Positions 16,241 through 25,069 of a stretch of 53,392 nt of DNA are shown piece by piece. Every line of letters starts with the position of its first letter. Position 1 is the stretch's first letter. The stretch is from Candidatus Aminicenantales bacterium (GTDB lineage: Bacteria; Acidobacteriota; Aminicenantia; Aminicenantales; UBA4085), in assembly GCA_049515535.1 (NCBI GenBank), contig JBEKTZ010000005.1:186001-239392 (forward strand), written 5' to 3'. Made by a program: the position numbers and the translations under genes. Below the pieces are notes generated by a model. It searched no databases. It was given only the letters and a program-made list of their open reading frames with translations, and had not been told where the DNA came from.

Positions 16241-17276
16241 CCTGAAGAAGTTCGAGAATTCAATCGAAGCTTTTAAAATAAAGCTGAAGGAGCAGTCCGT
16301 CCAGATCCGGGATCCGCGGGCGATCGAGGAGCTGCGCAACCAGTTCCTGAGCCGAAAGCACGGATATATCACTCTTCTCTTCGAGGACCTCAAGACGTTG
16401 AAACCCGAGGAGAAGCCGGCCGGCGGTCAGATGATCAACGTCCTCAAGAACGAAGTGCAGGCCAGACTCGCCGAGCTCGAGGCCGGACTTAAAACGCCGC
16501 CCAAACAGAAACCCGGGATCGACCTGACGCTCCCCGGCGAAAAAAAAGCCTGGGGCGTGCCGCATCCGATCCGCCTCTTTCAGCGGGAGATCGAGAACAT
16601 CTTCACGTCCATGGGGTTCATGATCGAGGAAGGGCCCGAGGTCGAGACGGACTATTACAATTTCGAAGCGCTCAACTTTCCGCCCCACCACCCGGCGCGC
16701 GACGATTGGGACACGCTCTACATCACGGACAAGTTGCTTCTCCGGACGCATACGTCCCCCGTCCAGATCCGGGTGATGGAAAAGAAAAAGCCTCCGATCC
16801 GGATCATCAATCCGGGCAAAGTCTTCCGCCACGAGACCCCCGATCCGACGCACCTGCCGATGTTCTTCCAGGTCGAAGGCCTGGTCGTCGATGAAGGGGT
16901 GACCTTCGCCCATCTCAAAGGCACGCTCGAGGTTTTTCTCAAGCGTCTCTTCGGCGAACGGATCAAAATTCGCTTCCGGCCGAGCTTCTTTCCGTTCACG
17001 GAACCGTCGGCCGAGGTGGACATCGAATGCCTGGCCTGCGGGGCCAAGGATCCCGGCTGCCGCATCTGCGGCGGAACGGGCTGGAAGGAGATCCTCGGCT
17101 CAGGAATGATCGATCCCCAAGTCTTCAAAAACGTCAACATCGATCCCGAAAAATTTTCCGGGTGGGCCTTCGGCCTGGGCATCGACCGGACGGCCATGCT
17201 CGCCTACGGGATTTCGGATATGCGCTATTTTTTCGAGAACGATCTGCGATTCATAAGGCAGTTTTATCTCAAATGA
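16227..17276 (+). CDS. pheS: Phenylalanine--tRNA ligase alpha subunit
   Basis: [27 protein letters not shown] and AFGLGIDR motifs. Confidence 0.97.
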   Translation: MSSPSLKKFENSIEAFKIKLKEQSVQIRDPRAIEELRNQFLSRKHGYITLLFEDLKTLKPEEKPAGGQMINVLKNEVQARLAELEAGLKTPPKQKPGIDLTLPGEKKAWGVPHPIRLFQREIENIFTSMGFMIEEGPEVETDYYNFEALNFPPHHPARDDWDTLYITDKLLLRTHTSPVQIRVMEKKKPPIRIINPGKVFRHETPDPTHLPMFFQVEGLVVDEGVTFAHLKGTLEVFLKRLFGERIKIRFRPSFFPFTEPSAEVDIECLACGAKDPGCRICGGTGWKEILGSGMIDPQVFKNVNIDPEKFSGWAFGLGIDRTAMLAYGISDMRYFFENDLRFIRQFYLK

Positions 17277-19327
17277 AAATCAGCTTGAATTGGCTCAGGG
17301 AATTCGTGGACGTAGAGACGCCGCTCCGCGAATTTCTCGATCGCCTGACCATGATCGGACTCGTCGTCGAGGAATGGGCCGAATCCGCCGGGGACGTCAT
17401 TCTGGACGTCGAAACTTACGCTAACCGGCCCGATACACTCGGCCATCTCGGCCTGGCTCGCGAGGTCGCGGCCATGCTCGGAACTCCCATGAAAGAGCAG
17501 ACCTGGCCTCTGACCGAATTCCCGGCCAGCACGTCCGAGTTCGTCGACGTTCAGATTTTGGATGAGGACCTCTGTCCCCGATATTGCGGAATCATCGTCA
17601 AAGGCGTCAAAGCGGGGCCTTCGCCGGATTGGCTCCGGACGAAGATCGAGGCCATGGGTCTTAAATCCATCAACAACATCGTCGACGTCTCGAATTACGT
17701 TCTCTTCGCCACGGCCCAGCCCATCCACGCCTTCGATCTGGCGAAAATCGCGGGGCCGCGCATTCTCATCCGGCGGGCCAAGAAAGGCGAATCCATCCGG
17801 ACGCTCGAAGGCAAGACCGTCGCCCTTTCGCCCGACATGCTTGTGATCGCCGACGAAAAAAAACCGGTCGCGATCGCCGGCGTGATGGGCGGCGAGGACT
17901 CGGCCGTGTCCGACGGCACCCAGGACGTCTTCATCGAAAGCGCCTATTTCGATCCCGTTTCCATTCGGAAGACCCGTAAGGCGCTCGAGATCCAGACGGA
18001 CGCCGGCTACAGGTACGAACGGGGGGCGGACATTTCCTTCGCCCCGCAAGCCGCGGTCATGGCGGCCTCGCTTCTGACCCGGTTCGGCGGCAAAGTAACC
18101 AAAGAGATCGTCGACATCTACCCCAAACCGCGCAAACCCAAGGAAATCGTCCTCCGCGGCCGGCGGATTGCGGACCTCTTGGGCGTCGACGTCGGCGACG
18201 AGTTCGTCGAGAAGACGCTCGCGGACCTTGGTTTTGCGCTCAAGACAAAACAAAACGGCGTGTGGCGCATTCAGGTTCCGTTCTTCCGGGTTGATGTCGA
18301 ACGAGAGGCCGACCTGATTGAAGAGATCGCCCGGTTCTACGGCTACGACAAGATTCCGGTCGTCGTCCCGCCGCTCAAGGTTCTCGAACCCGTCCCTTCG
18401 GACCGGGATAGGCTCTTCAAGCTCGGCCAGTCGTTGTTCCATTACGGATTCGATGAAGTCATCAACCAAAGCTTCGCCGATCCCGAGAAAGAAGCCGCTC
18501 TCCTGAGCGGGTTGAAGCCCGTCGAAATCCGCAACCCCCTCTCGACGAAGGCCTCGCTCCTGCGGACGACGCTTCTCGGCGGCCTGCTCGAGAATACGGC
18601 CTGGAACAGGAACCGCGGGCTGGAAGGCGTCCACATTTTCGAGGTCGGCAATATCCATTACTGGAACGAAAATGCCGCCGCCGAGGAGCTTTGCCTCGGC
18701 CTTTCGACCGCGGGCCCGGCGTCGGCGCCGCACTGGAAGACGAAACCGGCCGAAACGGATTTCTTCCATCTGAAAGGCGCTTTGGAGGCTTCCCTGGAAA
18801 GCCTCAGGTATACGTCTTATTCTTTCAAGGAGGACGGCCATCCGTTCTTCGACGAAAATTATGCGCTGGTCGTTTTGTACAAAGGCGAAACGATCGGCCG
18901 GCTGGGCCGGATCCATGACCGCCTGCTCGGCCTTTACTCGATCAAGGGACCCGTCTTCGCGGCGGAACTGCGCCTGGATCTCCTCTTGGGCAAACAGCCC
19001 CGGCCCTTCGAGTACGTTCCGCTTCCGAAATTCCCGGCGGTCGTCCGCGACCTGTCGTTCCTCGTGGACCGGAATGTTCCCTACGAGGACATCAGGCAGA
19101 CCCTCGGGAAAACGGCCGTTCCCCTCCTCGAAGGATTCGACGTCATCGACCATTATGCCGGAGAGAGCATTCCCAAGGACAAAAAGAGCCTGTCGCTGCG
19201 CTTCACGTTCCGCAGTCCCAAGGGGACTCTCCTTGCCGAAGAGGTGGACAAGGCCGAACAGAAAATCATTAAAAATCTCACATCCGCCTTTAAAATCCAA
19301 CTCAGGGAAGGAGGAGGATCGTCATGA
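17273..19327 (+). CDS. pheT: Phenylalanine--tRNA ligase beta subunit (short form without the B2 domain)
   Basis: MKISLNWL start (ATGA overlap with pheS), NRPD, QPIHAFD, DLIEEIARFYGY and the C-terminal FDX-ACB domain. Confidence 0.96.
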   Translation: MKISLNWLREFVDVETPLREFLDRLTMIGLVVEEWAESAGDVILDVETYANRPDTLGHLGLAREVAAMLGTPMKEQTWPLTEFPASTSEFVDVQILDEDLCPRYCGIIVKGVKAGPSPDWLRTKIEAMGLKSINNIVDVSNYVLFATAQPIHAFDLAKIAGPRILIRRAKKGESIRTLEGKTVALSPDMLVIADEKKPVAIAGVMGGEDSAVSDGTQDVFIESAYFDPVSIRKTRKALEIQTDAGYRYERGADISFAPQAAVMAASLLTRFGGKVTKEIVDIYPKPRKPKEIVLRGRRIADLLGVDVGDEFVEKTLADLGFALKTKQNGVWRIQVPFFRVDVEREADLIEEIARFYGYDKIPVVVPPLKVLEPVPSDRDRLFKLGQSLFHYGFDEVINQSFADPEKEAALLSGLKPVEIRNPLSTKASLLRTTLLGGLLENTAWNRNRGLEGVHIFEVGNIHYWNENAAAEELCLGLSTAGPASAPHWKTKPAETDFFHLKGALEASLESLRYTSYSFKEDGHPFFDENYALVVLYKGETIGRLGRIHDRLLGLYSIKGPVFAAELRLDLLLGKQPRPFEYVPLPKFPAVVRDLSFLVDRNVPYEDIRQTLGKTAVPLLEGFDVIDHYAGESIPKDKKSLSLRFTFRSPKGTLLAEEVDKAEQKIIKNLTSAFKIQLREGGGSS

Positions 19328-19584
19328 CCACCGAACTGGATCGGATGAAAATCTTGGAAGGCAAGATCGGCCATGTCATCGAATACGTCAACAAGCTTTC
19401 GGCGGAGAACGAGAAACTGAAGCAGCAGATCAAGGACCTGCGCGTCGAGAAGAAGGACACGGAGGAACTGGCCAAGCGCGCCGGAAAGCTTGACGAAGAC
19501 CTCAAAAGGTACGAAAATGAAAGAGACCTCGTCCGAGCGAAGGTCGAGGCCATCATCAATCAAATCGACAAGATCGGCTTATGA
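19324..19584 (+). CDS. zapB: Cell division protein ZapB-like coiled coil
   Basis: 86-aa coiled coil between pheT and zapA, the conserved context. Confidence 0.75.
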   Translation: MTTELDRMKILEGKIGHVIEYVNKLSAENEKLKQQIKDLRVEKKDTEELAKRAGKLDEDLKRYENERDLVRAKVEAIINQIDKIGL

Positions 19585-19910
19585 TTGACAAGATCATCGA
19601 AATCGAAGTTTATGGAAGACCATATAAAATACGCGTCAAAGGCGAAGAAGACGAGAAGTACATCAGCCACCTGACGTCCTACGTAGATCAAAAGATGCAT
19701 GAAATCGCGGTGAAATCCAAATCCACGGACGCGCTCAAGATCGCGGTGCTCGCGGCCTTGAATATCGCGGACGAATTTTTTCTATCCCAGAAGCAGTTCG
19801 ATCAGTTGGATGACGTCATCGGGCAGATGGAAACCGAGATGGAGAGCCTGGAGAAACGCCTTGTCCAAGACGGACAAGAGTACCCCAATATCGGGAAAGC
19901 GACATCTTAA
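19581..19910 (+). CDS. zapA: Cell division protein ZapA
   Basis: IEVYGRPYKI…YVDQKM…AVLAALNIADE. Confidence 0.92.
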   Translation: MIDKIIEIEVYGRPYKIRVKGEEDEKYISHLTSYVDQKMHEIAVKSKSTDALKIAVLAALNIADEFFLSQKQFDQLDDVIGQMETEMESLEKRLVQDGQEYPNIGKATS

Positions 19911-20022
19911 GATGGAAATAATGCCGGACTTATCCATAGATGCTCCGCGGGGGACTCCGACTCCTTAGACTTCTCGGGTTTCATCTCTCGGCTTCGCCTT
20001 GTTTTTTAGGAGGTGAAGTGCC

Positions 20023-21591
20023 GTGAAAACGAACATCATTTTAAACGCGGGCCTGCCCATTCTCATCGCGCTGGCCGCCGTGATCATATTCATTCTGCTC
20101 AAAAAGAACGCGGGAACGCGGGGGCTCATGCGCGCCGGCCACGAGGCCAAACAAATCCAGGAACAGGCCAAAACCCAGGCCGATAAGATCATCCGGGACG
20201 CCCAACAGCAGGCCAAGGAGAAGCTCGCCTCGGCCGACTCCGATCTCGAGCAGCAGACCAGGGAAAAACAGCGCAAGATCAACGAGATGGAGCGGCGCCT
20301 GATCCACAAGGACGAGAACCTGGAACGGAAGATTCAGGGCCTCGACCGCAAAGAGCGCGAGATCTCCGTCAAGGAGCGCCGCATCACCCAGCGGGAGCAC
20401 GATCTCGATCTTCAGGACGAGAAAATCAACGCCCTGATCAAGAAGCAGATGGAGGAGCTGGAGCGGGTCGCCGGCTTGACGCAGGAAGAGGCGAAGGGCC
20501 AGTTGATCAAAAAGATCGAAGACGAAGCGCGTTTGGAGTCGGTGCAGGTCGTGCGCCGGGTCGAGGAAGAGACGCGGTCCAAGAGCCGTCAGCTCGCCGG
20601 CGAAATCATCGGTCAGGCCATCCAGCGTTCGGCCGCCGAGCACGTCGTCGAGACGACCGTGTCGGTCGTGGACCTGCCCTCCGAGGACATGAAGGGCCGG
20701 ATCATCGGCCGCGAAGGCCGGAATATCCGCGCCCTCGAAATGGCGACGGGCGTCGATATCATCGTCGACGACACGCCCGAAGCCGTCATCCTTTCGAGCT
20801 TCGACCCGATCCGCCGCGAGACGGCCCGGCTGGCGATCCAGAAGCTCGTCATGGACGGGCGGATCCATCCGGCGCGGATCGAGGATATCGTCGAGAACGT
20901 CAGGGCCGATCTCGAGGAAAAAATGAAGCAGGAAGGCGATGCCGTCGCCTACGAACTGCGCGTCCAGAACATCCACCCCGAATTGATCAAGCACCTGGGA
21001 AAACTTCGCTACCGGACGAGCTACGGACAGAATGTCCTTCAGCATTCCAAGGAGGTATCCCTCCTCGCGGCGGCCATGGCCACCGAGCTCGGCCTCAACA
21101 CCAACGTGGCCTTGCGCGCCGGTCTGCTCCACGACATCGGAAAGGCCGTGGACCGGGAGGTCGAAGGGACCCACACCGAGCTCAGCGTCGAGCTCTGCCG
21201 CAAATACGGCGAGTCCGAGGCCGTGATCCAGGCGATCGCCAGCCATCACCGCGACGTGGACTTCCCGTCGATCGAGGCCGTCCTCGTCCAGTCCGCGGAC
21301 ACGCTGTCCGCCGCCCGGCCGGGCGCGCGCCGGGAACTCCTCGAGAACTACATCAAACGGCTCGAAAAACTCGAAACCTTGGCCAAGTCCTTCGAAGGCG
21401 TTTCCAAAGCGTTCGCCCTCCAGGCCGGCCGCGAGATCAGGATCATGGTCGAGGCCCAGAAGGTTTCGGACGATAGAGCGGCGCTGATCGCCAAGGACAT
21501 CGCCACGAAAATCAAGAACGAGCTCGATTACCCGGGACAGATCAAGGTCACCGTCATCCGGGAAATGAGGGCCGTGGAATATGCCCGCTAA
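20023..21591 (+). CDS. rny: Ribonuclease Y
   Basis: N-terminal TM, coiled coil, KH motif (KGRIIGREGRNIR) and HD motif (LLHDIGK). Confidence 0.97.
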   Translation: MKTNIILNAGLPILIALAAVIIFILLKKNAGTRGLMRAGHEAKQIQEQAKTQADKIIRDAQQQAKEKLASADSDLEQQTREKQRKINEMERRLIHKDENLERKIQGLDRKEREISVKERRITQREHDLDLQDEKINALIKKQMEELERVAGLTQEEAKGQLIKKIEDEARLESVQVVRRVEEETRSKSRQLAGEIIGQAIQRSAAEHVVETTVSVVDLPSEDMKGRIIGREGRNIRALEMATGVDIIVDDTPEAVILSSFDPIRRETARLAIQKLVMDGRIHPARIEDIVENVRADLEEKMKQEGDAVAYELRVQNIHPELIKHLGKLRYRTSYGQNVLQHSKEVSLLAAAMATELGLNTNVALRAGLLHDIGKAVDREVEGTHTELSVELCRKYGESEAVIQAIASHHRDVDFPSIEAVLVQSADTLSAARPGARRELLENYIKRLEKLETLAKSFEGVSKAFALQAGREIRIMVEAQKVSDDRAALIAKDIATKIKNELDYPGQIKVTVIREMRAVEYAR

Positions 21592-22390
21592 GATCGGCGT
21601 CCTTTTCATCGGCGATATCATCGGCCGGCCGGGACGCGACGCGCTCAAAAAATGTCTCCCGGGATTGCGGGAAAAGTATGCGCCGACGTTCGTCGTGGCC
21701 AACGGCGAGAACGCCGCCGGCGGCGCCGGCCTTACCGAAGAGATCGGGGGCGACCTGTTCTCGCTCGTCGACGTCTTGACGTCGGGCAACCATATTTGGG
21801 ACAAGAAAGAAGCCCTGGCCTATCTGGATAAGGAGCCGCGGCTTATCCGGCCGGCGAACTACCCGCCGGGAAACCCGGGCAAAGGTTCGTATATCGCGAC
21901 CGGCGCCGGGGGCCGGAAGCTCGGCGTGCTGAACCTTCAGGGCCGCGTCTTCATGGAGGCCCTCGATTGTCCCTTTCGCACGGCTGACGCCGAGATCAAA
22001 AAGCTCCACGAGGAGACGAAGGCGATCATCGTCGATTTCCACGCCGAGGCGACCTCGGAAAAACAGGCGCTGGGCTGGTATCTCGACGGACGGGCCTCGG
22101 CGGTCATCGGGACGCACACTCACGTGCCCACCGCGGACGAGCGCATCCTTCCCCGCGGAACGGCCCATATCACGGACGTCGGCATGGCCGGCGCCCTGAA
22201 TTCGGTCATCGGCATCAAGCGAGAGCAATCCATCCAGAGATTCTTGATGGGCCGGCCGCAGCGTTTCGAACCCGAAAAGGGCGGGCTGTTTTTATCCGCT
22301 GTCTTTATCGAGATCGACGCGGACACGGGAACGGCGTTCTCGATTGTCAGAGAAGTCATCAGGGGGACCGGAGATGGAGCCGAAGAGTGA
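21581..22390 (+). CDS. ymdB: YmdB/TIGR00282 metallophosphoesterase
   Basis: GDIIGRPG, NGEN, GNH, DFHAEATSEK and GTHTH motifs. Confidence 0.93.
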   Translation: MPAKIGVLFIGDIIGRPGRDALKKCLPGLREKYAPTFVVANGENAAGGAGLTEEIGGDLFSLVDVLTSGNHIWDKKEALAYLDKEPRLIRPANYPPGNPGKGSYIATGAGGRKLGVLNLQGRVFMEALDCPFRTADAEIKKLHEETKAIIVDFHAEATSEKQALGWYLDGRASAVIGTHTHVPTADERILPRGTAHITDVGMAGALNSVIGIKREQSIQRFLMGRPQRFEPEKGGLFLSAVFIEIDADTGTAFSIVREVIRGTGDGAEE

Positions 22391-23726
22391 GAACCTGACT
22401 CTTCCCGAGAAGATTTTCACGGTCAGCGAGATCAGCGAGCTCATCAAGCTCGGGCTCGAGGCAAGCTTTCCAAGGATCTGGATCACGGGCGAGATCTCGA
22501 ATTTTCACCGCCATACGTCCGGACATCTCTATTTCACGTTGAAAGACCAGACGTTCGGACTCCAGGCCGTCATGTGGCGGAGCGAAGCCGCGAAGTTGAA
22601 GTTCGATCTCAAGGACGGCCAGCAGCTCATCTGCCGGGGGCGGATCACCGCTTACGGGCAGCGAAGCCAGTATCAGCTCGTCGTCGAATTCGTCGAGCCC
22701 AAGGGCAAGGGGGCGCTCCAACTCGCCTTCGAGCAGCTTAAGGAAAGATTGCGGGCCGAAGGCCTTTTCGATCCCCAGCGCAAGAAGAAGCTTCCGCTCC
22801 TGCCGAAAATCATTGGGGTCGTCACGTCGCCGAAAGGCGCGGCCCTCGTTGATATCCTGAGGACGCTCGAGCGCCGGTTCGCGAAGCTCCGGATCCTGAT
22901 CTACCCCGCCCGGGTCCAGGGCGAAGGCGCCGCCGATCAGATCACGGCGGGCCTCGATTACCTGGGGAGTTTGGCCGATATCGACGCGATCATCGTTGGC
23001 CGGGGCGGCGGCTCGATCGAGGACCTGTGGGCGTTCAACGAGGAAAAGGTCGCGCGCGCCATCTTCCGCTGCCCGGTTCCGGTCATTTCCGCGGTCGGCC
23101 ACGAAGTGGATTTCACCATCGCCGACTTCGTCGCCGACATCCGCGCCTCGACACCGACGGCGGCGGCCGAGATGGTCATCGAAAAGGAACAGGCGTTCAC
23201 GGAGAGAATCGATAACCTGGAGCGGAGGGCCGTTCAGGGCGTCAAATTCACGGTCCGGGAGCGCAGGCAGGAGGTCACGACTCTGGCCCAGCACCGCATC
23301 TTCCAGACTTTCAAGGTCCGGCTGATGACCCTGGCCCAATATGCGGATGATCTCGAGTCGCGGGCCTGGGAGGTTGTGCGCGGCGAGCAGAAAAAAATCG
23401 CCGAAGCGGAGGCCCGAACGGCGCTGCTTCACGAAAAAGCGACGAACCTGATCCGCCGTCTTTTGCGTGACAGACTGGCGGCCTGGGAGCGGCTCTCGGC
23501 CGGTCTCCACGGCCGCAGCCCGCTCGATATCCTCAAGAAGGGATATACGCTGTGTTGGACCGGAGACGGACGCCGGGCCGTGACGGCCGTCGAGGATGTC
23601 CGGACCGGGGAGAAGATGCTCGTTTCCTTTTATAAAGGAGAGTTCCGCTGCCGCGTCGAGGATGTCGATCGCGAAAAGCGGATCGAATCCAGGGCCGGAC
23701 GGCCCGACGGGGAGGAAATGCCATGA
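22374..23726 (+). CDS. xseA: Exodeoxyribonuclease VII large subunit
   Basis: GEISNF…SGHLYFTLKD, RGGGSIEDLWAFN, GHEVDFT and TPTAAAE motifs. Confidence 0.96.
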   Translation: MEPKSENLTLPEKIFTVSEISELIKLGLEASFPRIWITGEISNFHRHTSGHLYFTLKDQTFGLQAVMWRSEAAKLKFDLKDGQQLICRGRITAYGQRSQYQLVVEFVEPKGKGALQLAFEQLKERLRAEGLFDPQRKKKLPLLPKIIGVVTSPKGAALVDILRTLERRFAKLRILIYPARVQGEGAADQITAGLDYLGSLADIDAIIVGRGGGSIEDLWAFNEEKVARAIFRCPVPVISAVGHEVDFTIADFVADIRASTPTAAAEMVIEKEQAFTERIDNLERRAVQGVKFTVRERRQEVTTLAQHRIFQTFKVRLMTLAQYADDLESRAWEVVRGEQKKIAEAEARTALLHEKATNLIRRLLRDRLAAWERLSAGLHGRSPLDILKKGYTLCWTGDGRRAVTAVEDVRTGEKMLVSFYKGEFRCRVEDVDREKRIESRAGRPDGEEMP

Positions 23727-24085
23727 AAGACAAGGACCTGAATTTTGAAAAAGCCCTGGCCGATCTCGAGCAGACCGTCGAGAAACTGGAGAAAGGCGGC
23801 CTCAGCCTGAATGAATCGCTCGGGCTTTTCGAAAAAGGCGTCAAGCTCGCCCGGTTCCTGCGCTCCGAGCTCGATAAAGCGGAAAAGAAGGTCGAAATCC
23901 TTCTCAAGGACGAAAAAGGCGACGTCCGCCGCGAGCCTTTCGGCCTGGACGAGGAAGAGGGCGGGAGCGCCGTCGAAGAGGACCCGAAAGAGGACAAAGG
24001 CGAGGAAGCCCCGGGCCAAAATGCTCCGGCGCGCGGAGCGAAGAAAAAGGCCGGGGGAGACGAAGGCGACAAGCTGCCTTTTTAA
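23723..24085 (+). CDS. xseB: Exodeoxyribonuclease VII small subunit with an extended acidic C-terminal tail
   Basis: FEKALADLEQTVEKLE…SLNESLGLFEKG…AEKKV. Confidence 0.93.
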   Translation: MKDKDLNFEKALADLEQTVEKLEKGGLSLNESLGLFEKGVKLARFLRSELDKAEKKVEILLKDEKGDVRREPFGLDEEEGGSAVEEDPKEDKGEEAPGQNAPARGAKKKAGGDEGDKLPF

Positions 24086-24127
24086 TCCGCGGGGAGACGA
24101 TCCGCCGTCCCCTTGTTATGCCTCCGA

Positions 24128-25054
24128 ATGGATGATGACATGAACATCGAACGAACGATCGAAAAATACAAAAGGTCGGTCGAGCGCGAACTTGAGCGTG
24201 TCCTGTCCCGCGGCAATACGCTCCTTTTCCAGGCCATGCGTTCGAGCGTTTGCGGCGGGGGAAAGCGGTTCCGTCCGTTGCTTTGCCTGGCCGCCGCGGA
24301 TTCTTTCGGCGCGGCGGCGGACATCGCCCTGCCCTTCGCCTGCGCGATCGAACTCATCCATAACTACTCGCTCATTCACGATGATCTGCCCTGCATGGAC
24401 GACGACGATATCCGCCGCGGCCGGCCGACCTGCCACAAAGCGTTCGGCGAAGACATCGCCCTGCTCGCGGGCGACGGTCTTCTGACGATGGCCTTCGAGG
24501 TCATGGCCGGAGCCGAAGTGCCGCGACGCCTTTTATCGAAAAAAGTCCAGGTCATCGGGGAGACCGCCGAACTCGCCGGCGCGGACGGAATGATCGGCGG
24601 CCAACTTCTGGATATTACGGTTTCCGGGGAGAACAAGACCGAGGAGAGCATCGCCGAAATAATGCTCAAGAAGACCGGCGCATTGATCGTGGCCGCGGTC
24701 CGAGCCGGAGCGCTCCTCGGCGGCGCCTCGCCGGCCGACCTGAAGGCCGCGACTGCCTTCGCCGAGAACATCGGCCTGGCTTTTCAGGTTCGAGACGATA
24801 TCCAGGACGCGGCCGGGAAGAGCCGACGACCGAAGGGGACCGGGGCCAACTATGCCTTATCTTTCGGACAGAAAAAGGCCAAGGAGCGTCTTGGCCAATT
24901 CGTCGCGGCCGGCCTGGCGCAACTCGAAAAGGCCTCGATCAAATCGCCCGTCCTTCGCCATCTGGTCCGGCGGCTTTTCAGCGGCGGCAGGGGCCCCGGG
25001 CTTTGCCCGGGGGTCCGCTTCCGCCGCGGAGGCTCGTCCCTTGACCTATCGTGA
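24128..25054 (+). CDS. ispA: Polyprenyl (farnesyl) diphosphate synthase
   Basis: GGKRFRP, HDDLPCMDDD, RRG, GGQ, KTG and FQVRDD motifs. The last ~22 aa come from a repeat element. Confidence 0.9.
   Translation: MDDDMNIERTIEKYKRSVERELERVLSRGNTLLFQAMRSSVCGGGKRFRPLLCLAAADSFGAAADIALPFACAIELIHNYSLIHDDLPCMDDDDIRRGRPTCHKAFGEDIALLAGDGLLTMAFEVMAGAEVPRRLLSKKVQVIGETAELAGADGMIGGQLLDITVSGENKTEESIAEIMLKKTGALIVAAVRAGALLGGASPADLKAATAFAENIGLAFQVRDDIQDAAGKSRRPKGTGANYALSFGQKKAKERLGQFVAAGLAQLEKASIKSPVLRHLVRRLFSGGRGPGLCPGVRFRRGGSSLDLS
24982..25045 (-). repeat. Palindromic REP/MITE-like element, short form (64 nt), copy A
   Basis: Reverse complement is GTCAAGGGACGAGCCTCCGCGGCGGAAGCGGACCCCCGGGCAAAGCCCGGGGCCCCTGCCGCCG, near-identical to the other copies. 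Confidence 0.9.
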
Positions 25055-25060
25055 TATAAT
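25052..25060 (+). promoter_or_regulatory. Extended -10 promoter (TG-A-TATAAT) just upstream of dxs
   Basis: Perfect TGnTATAAT ending 9 nt before the dxs ATG. Confidence 0.6.
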
Positions 25061-25069
25061 AAAAGGCCC

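Noticed and set aside
19911..20022. 6S RNA expected between zapA and rny
   Set aside because: The spacer is only 112 nt and shows no long irregular hairpin with a central bubble
25041..25060. Repeat-supplied -35 (TTGACC) pairing with TATAAT for dxs
   Set aside because: The spacer is only 8 nt; the extended -10 explains the site better
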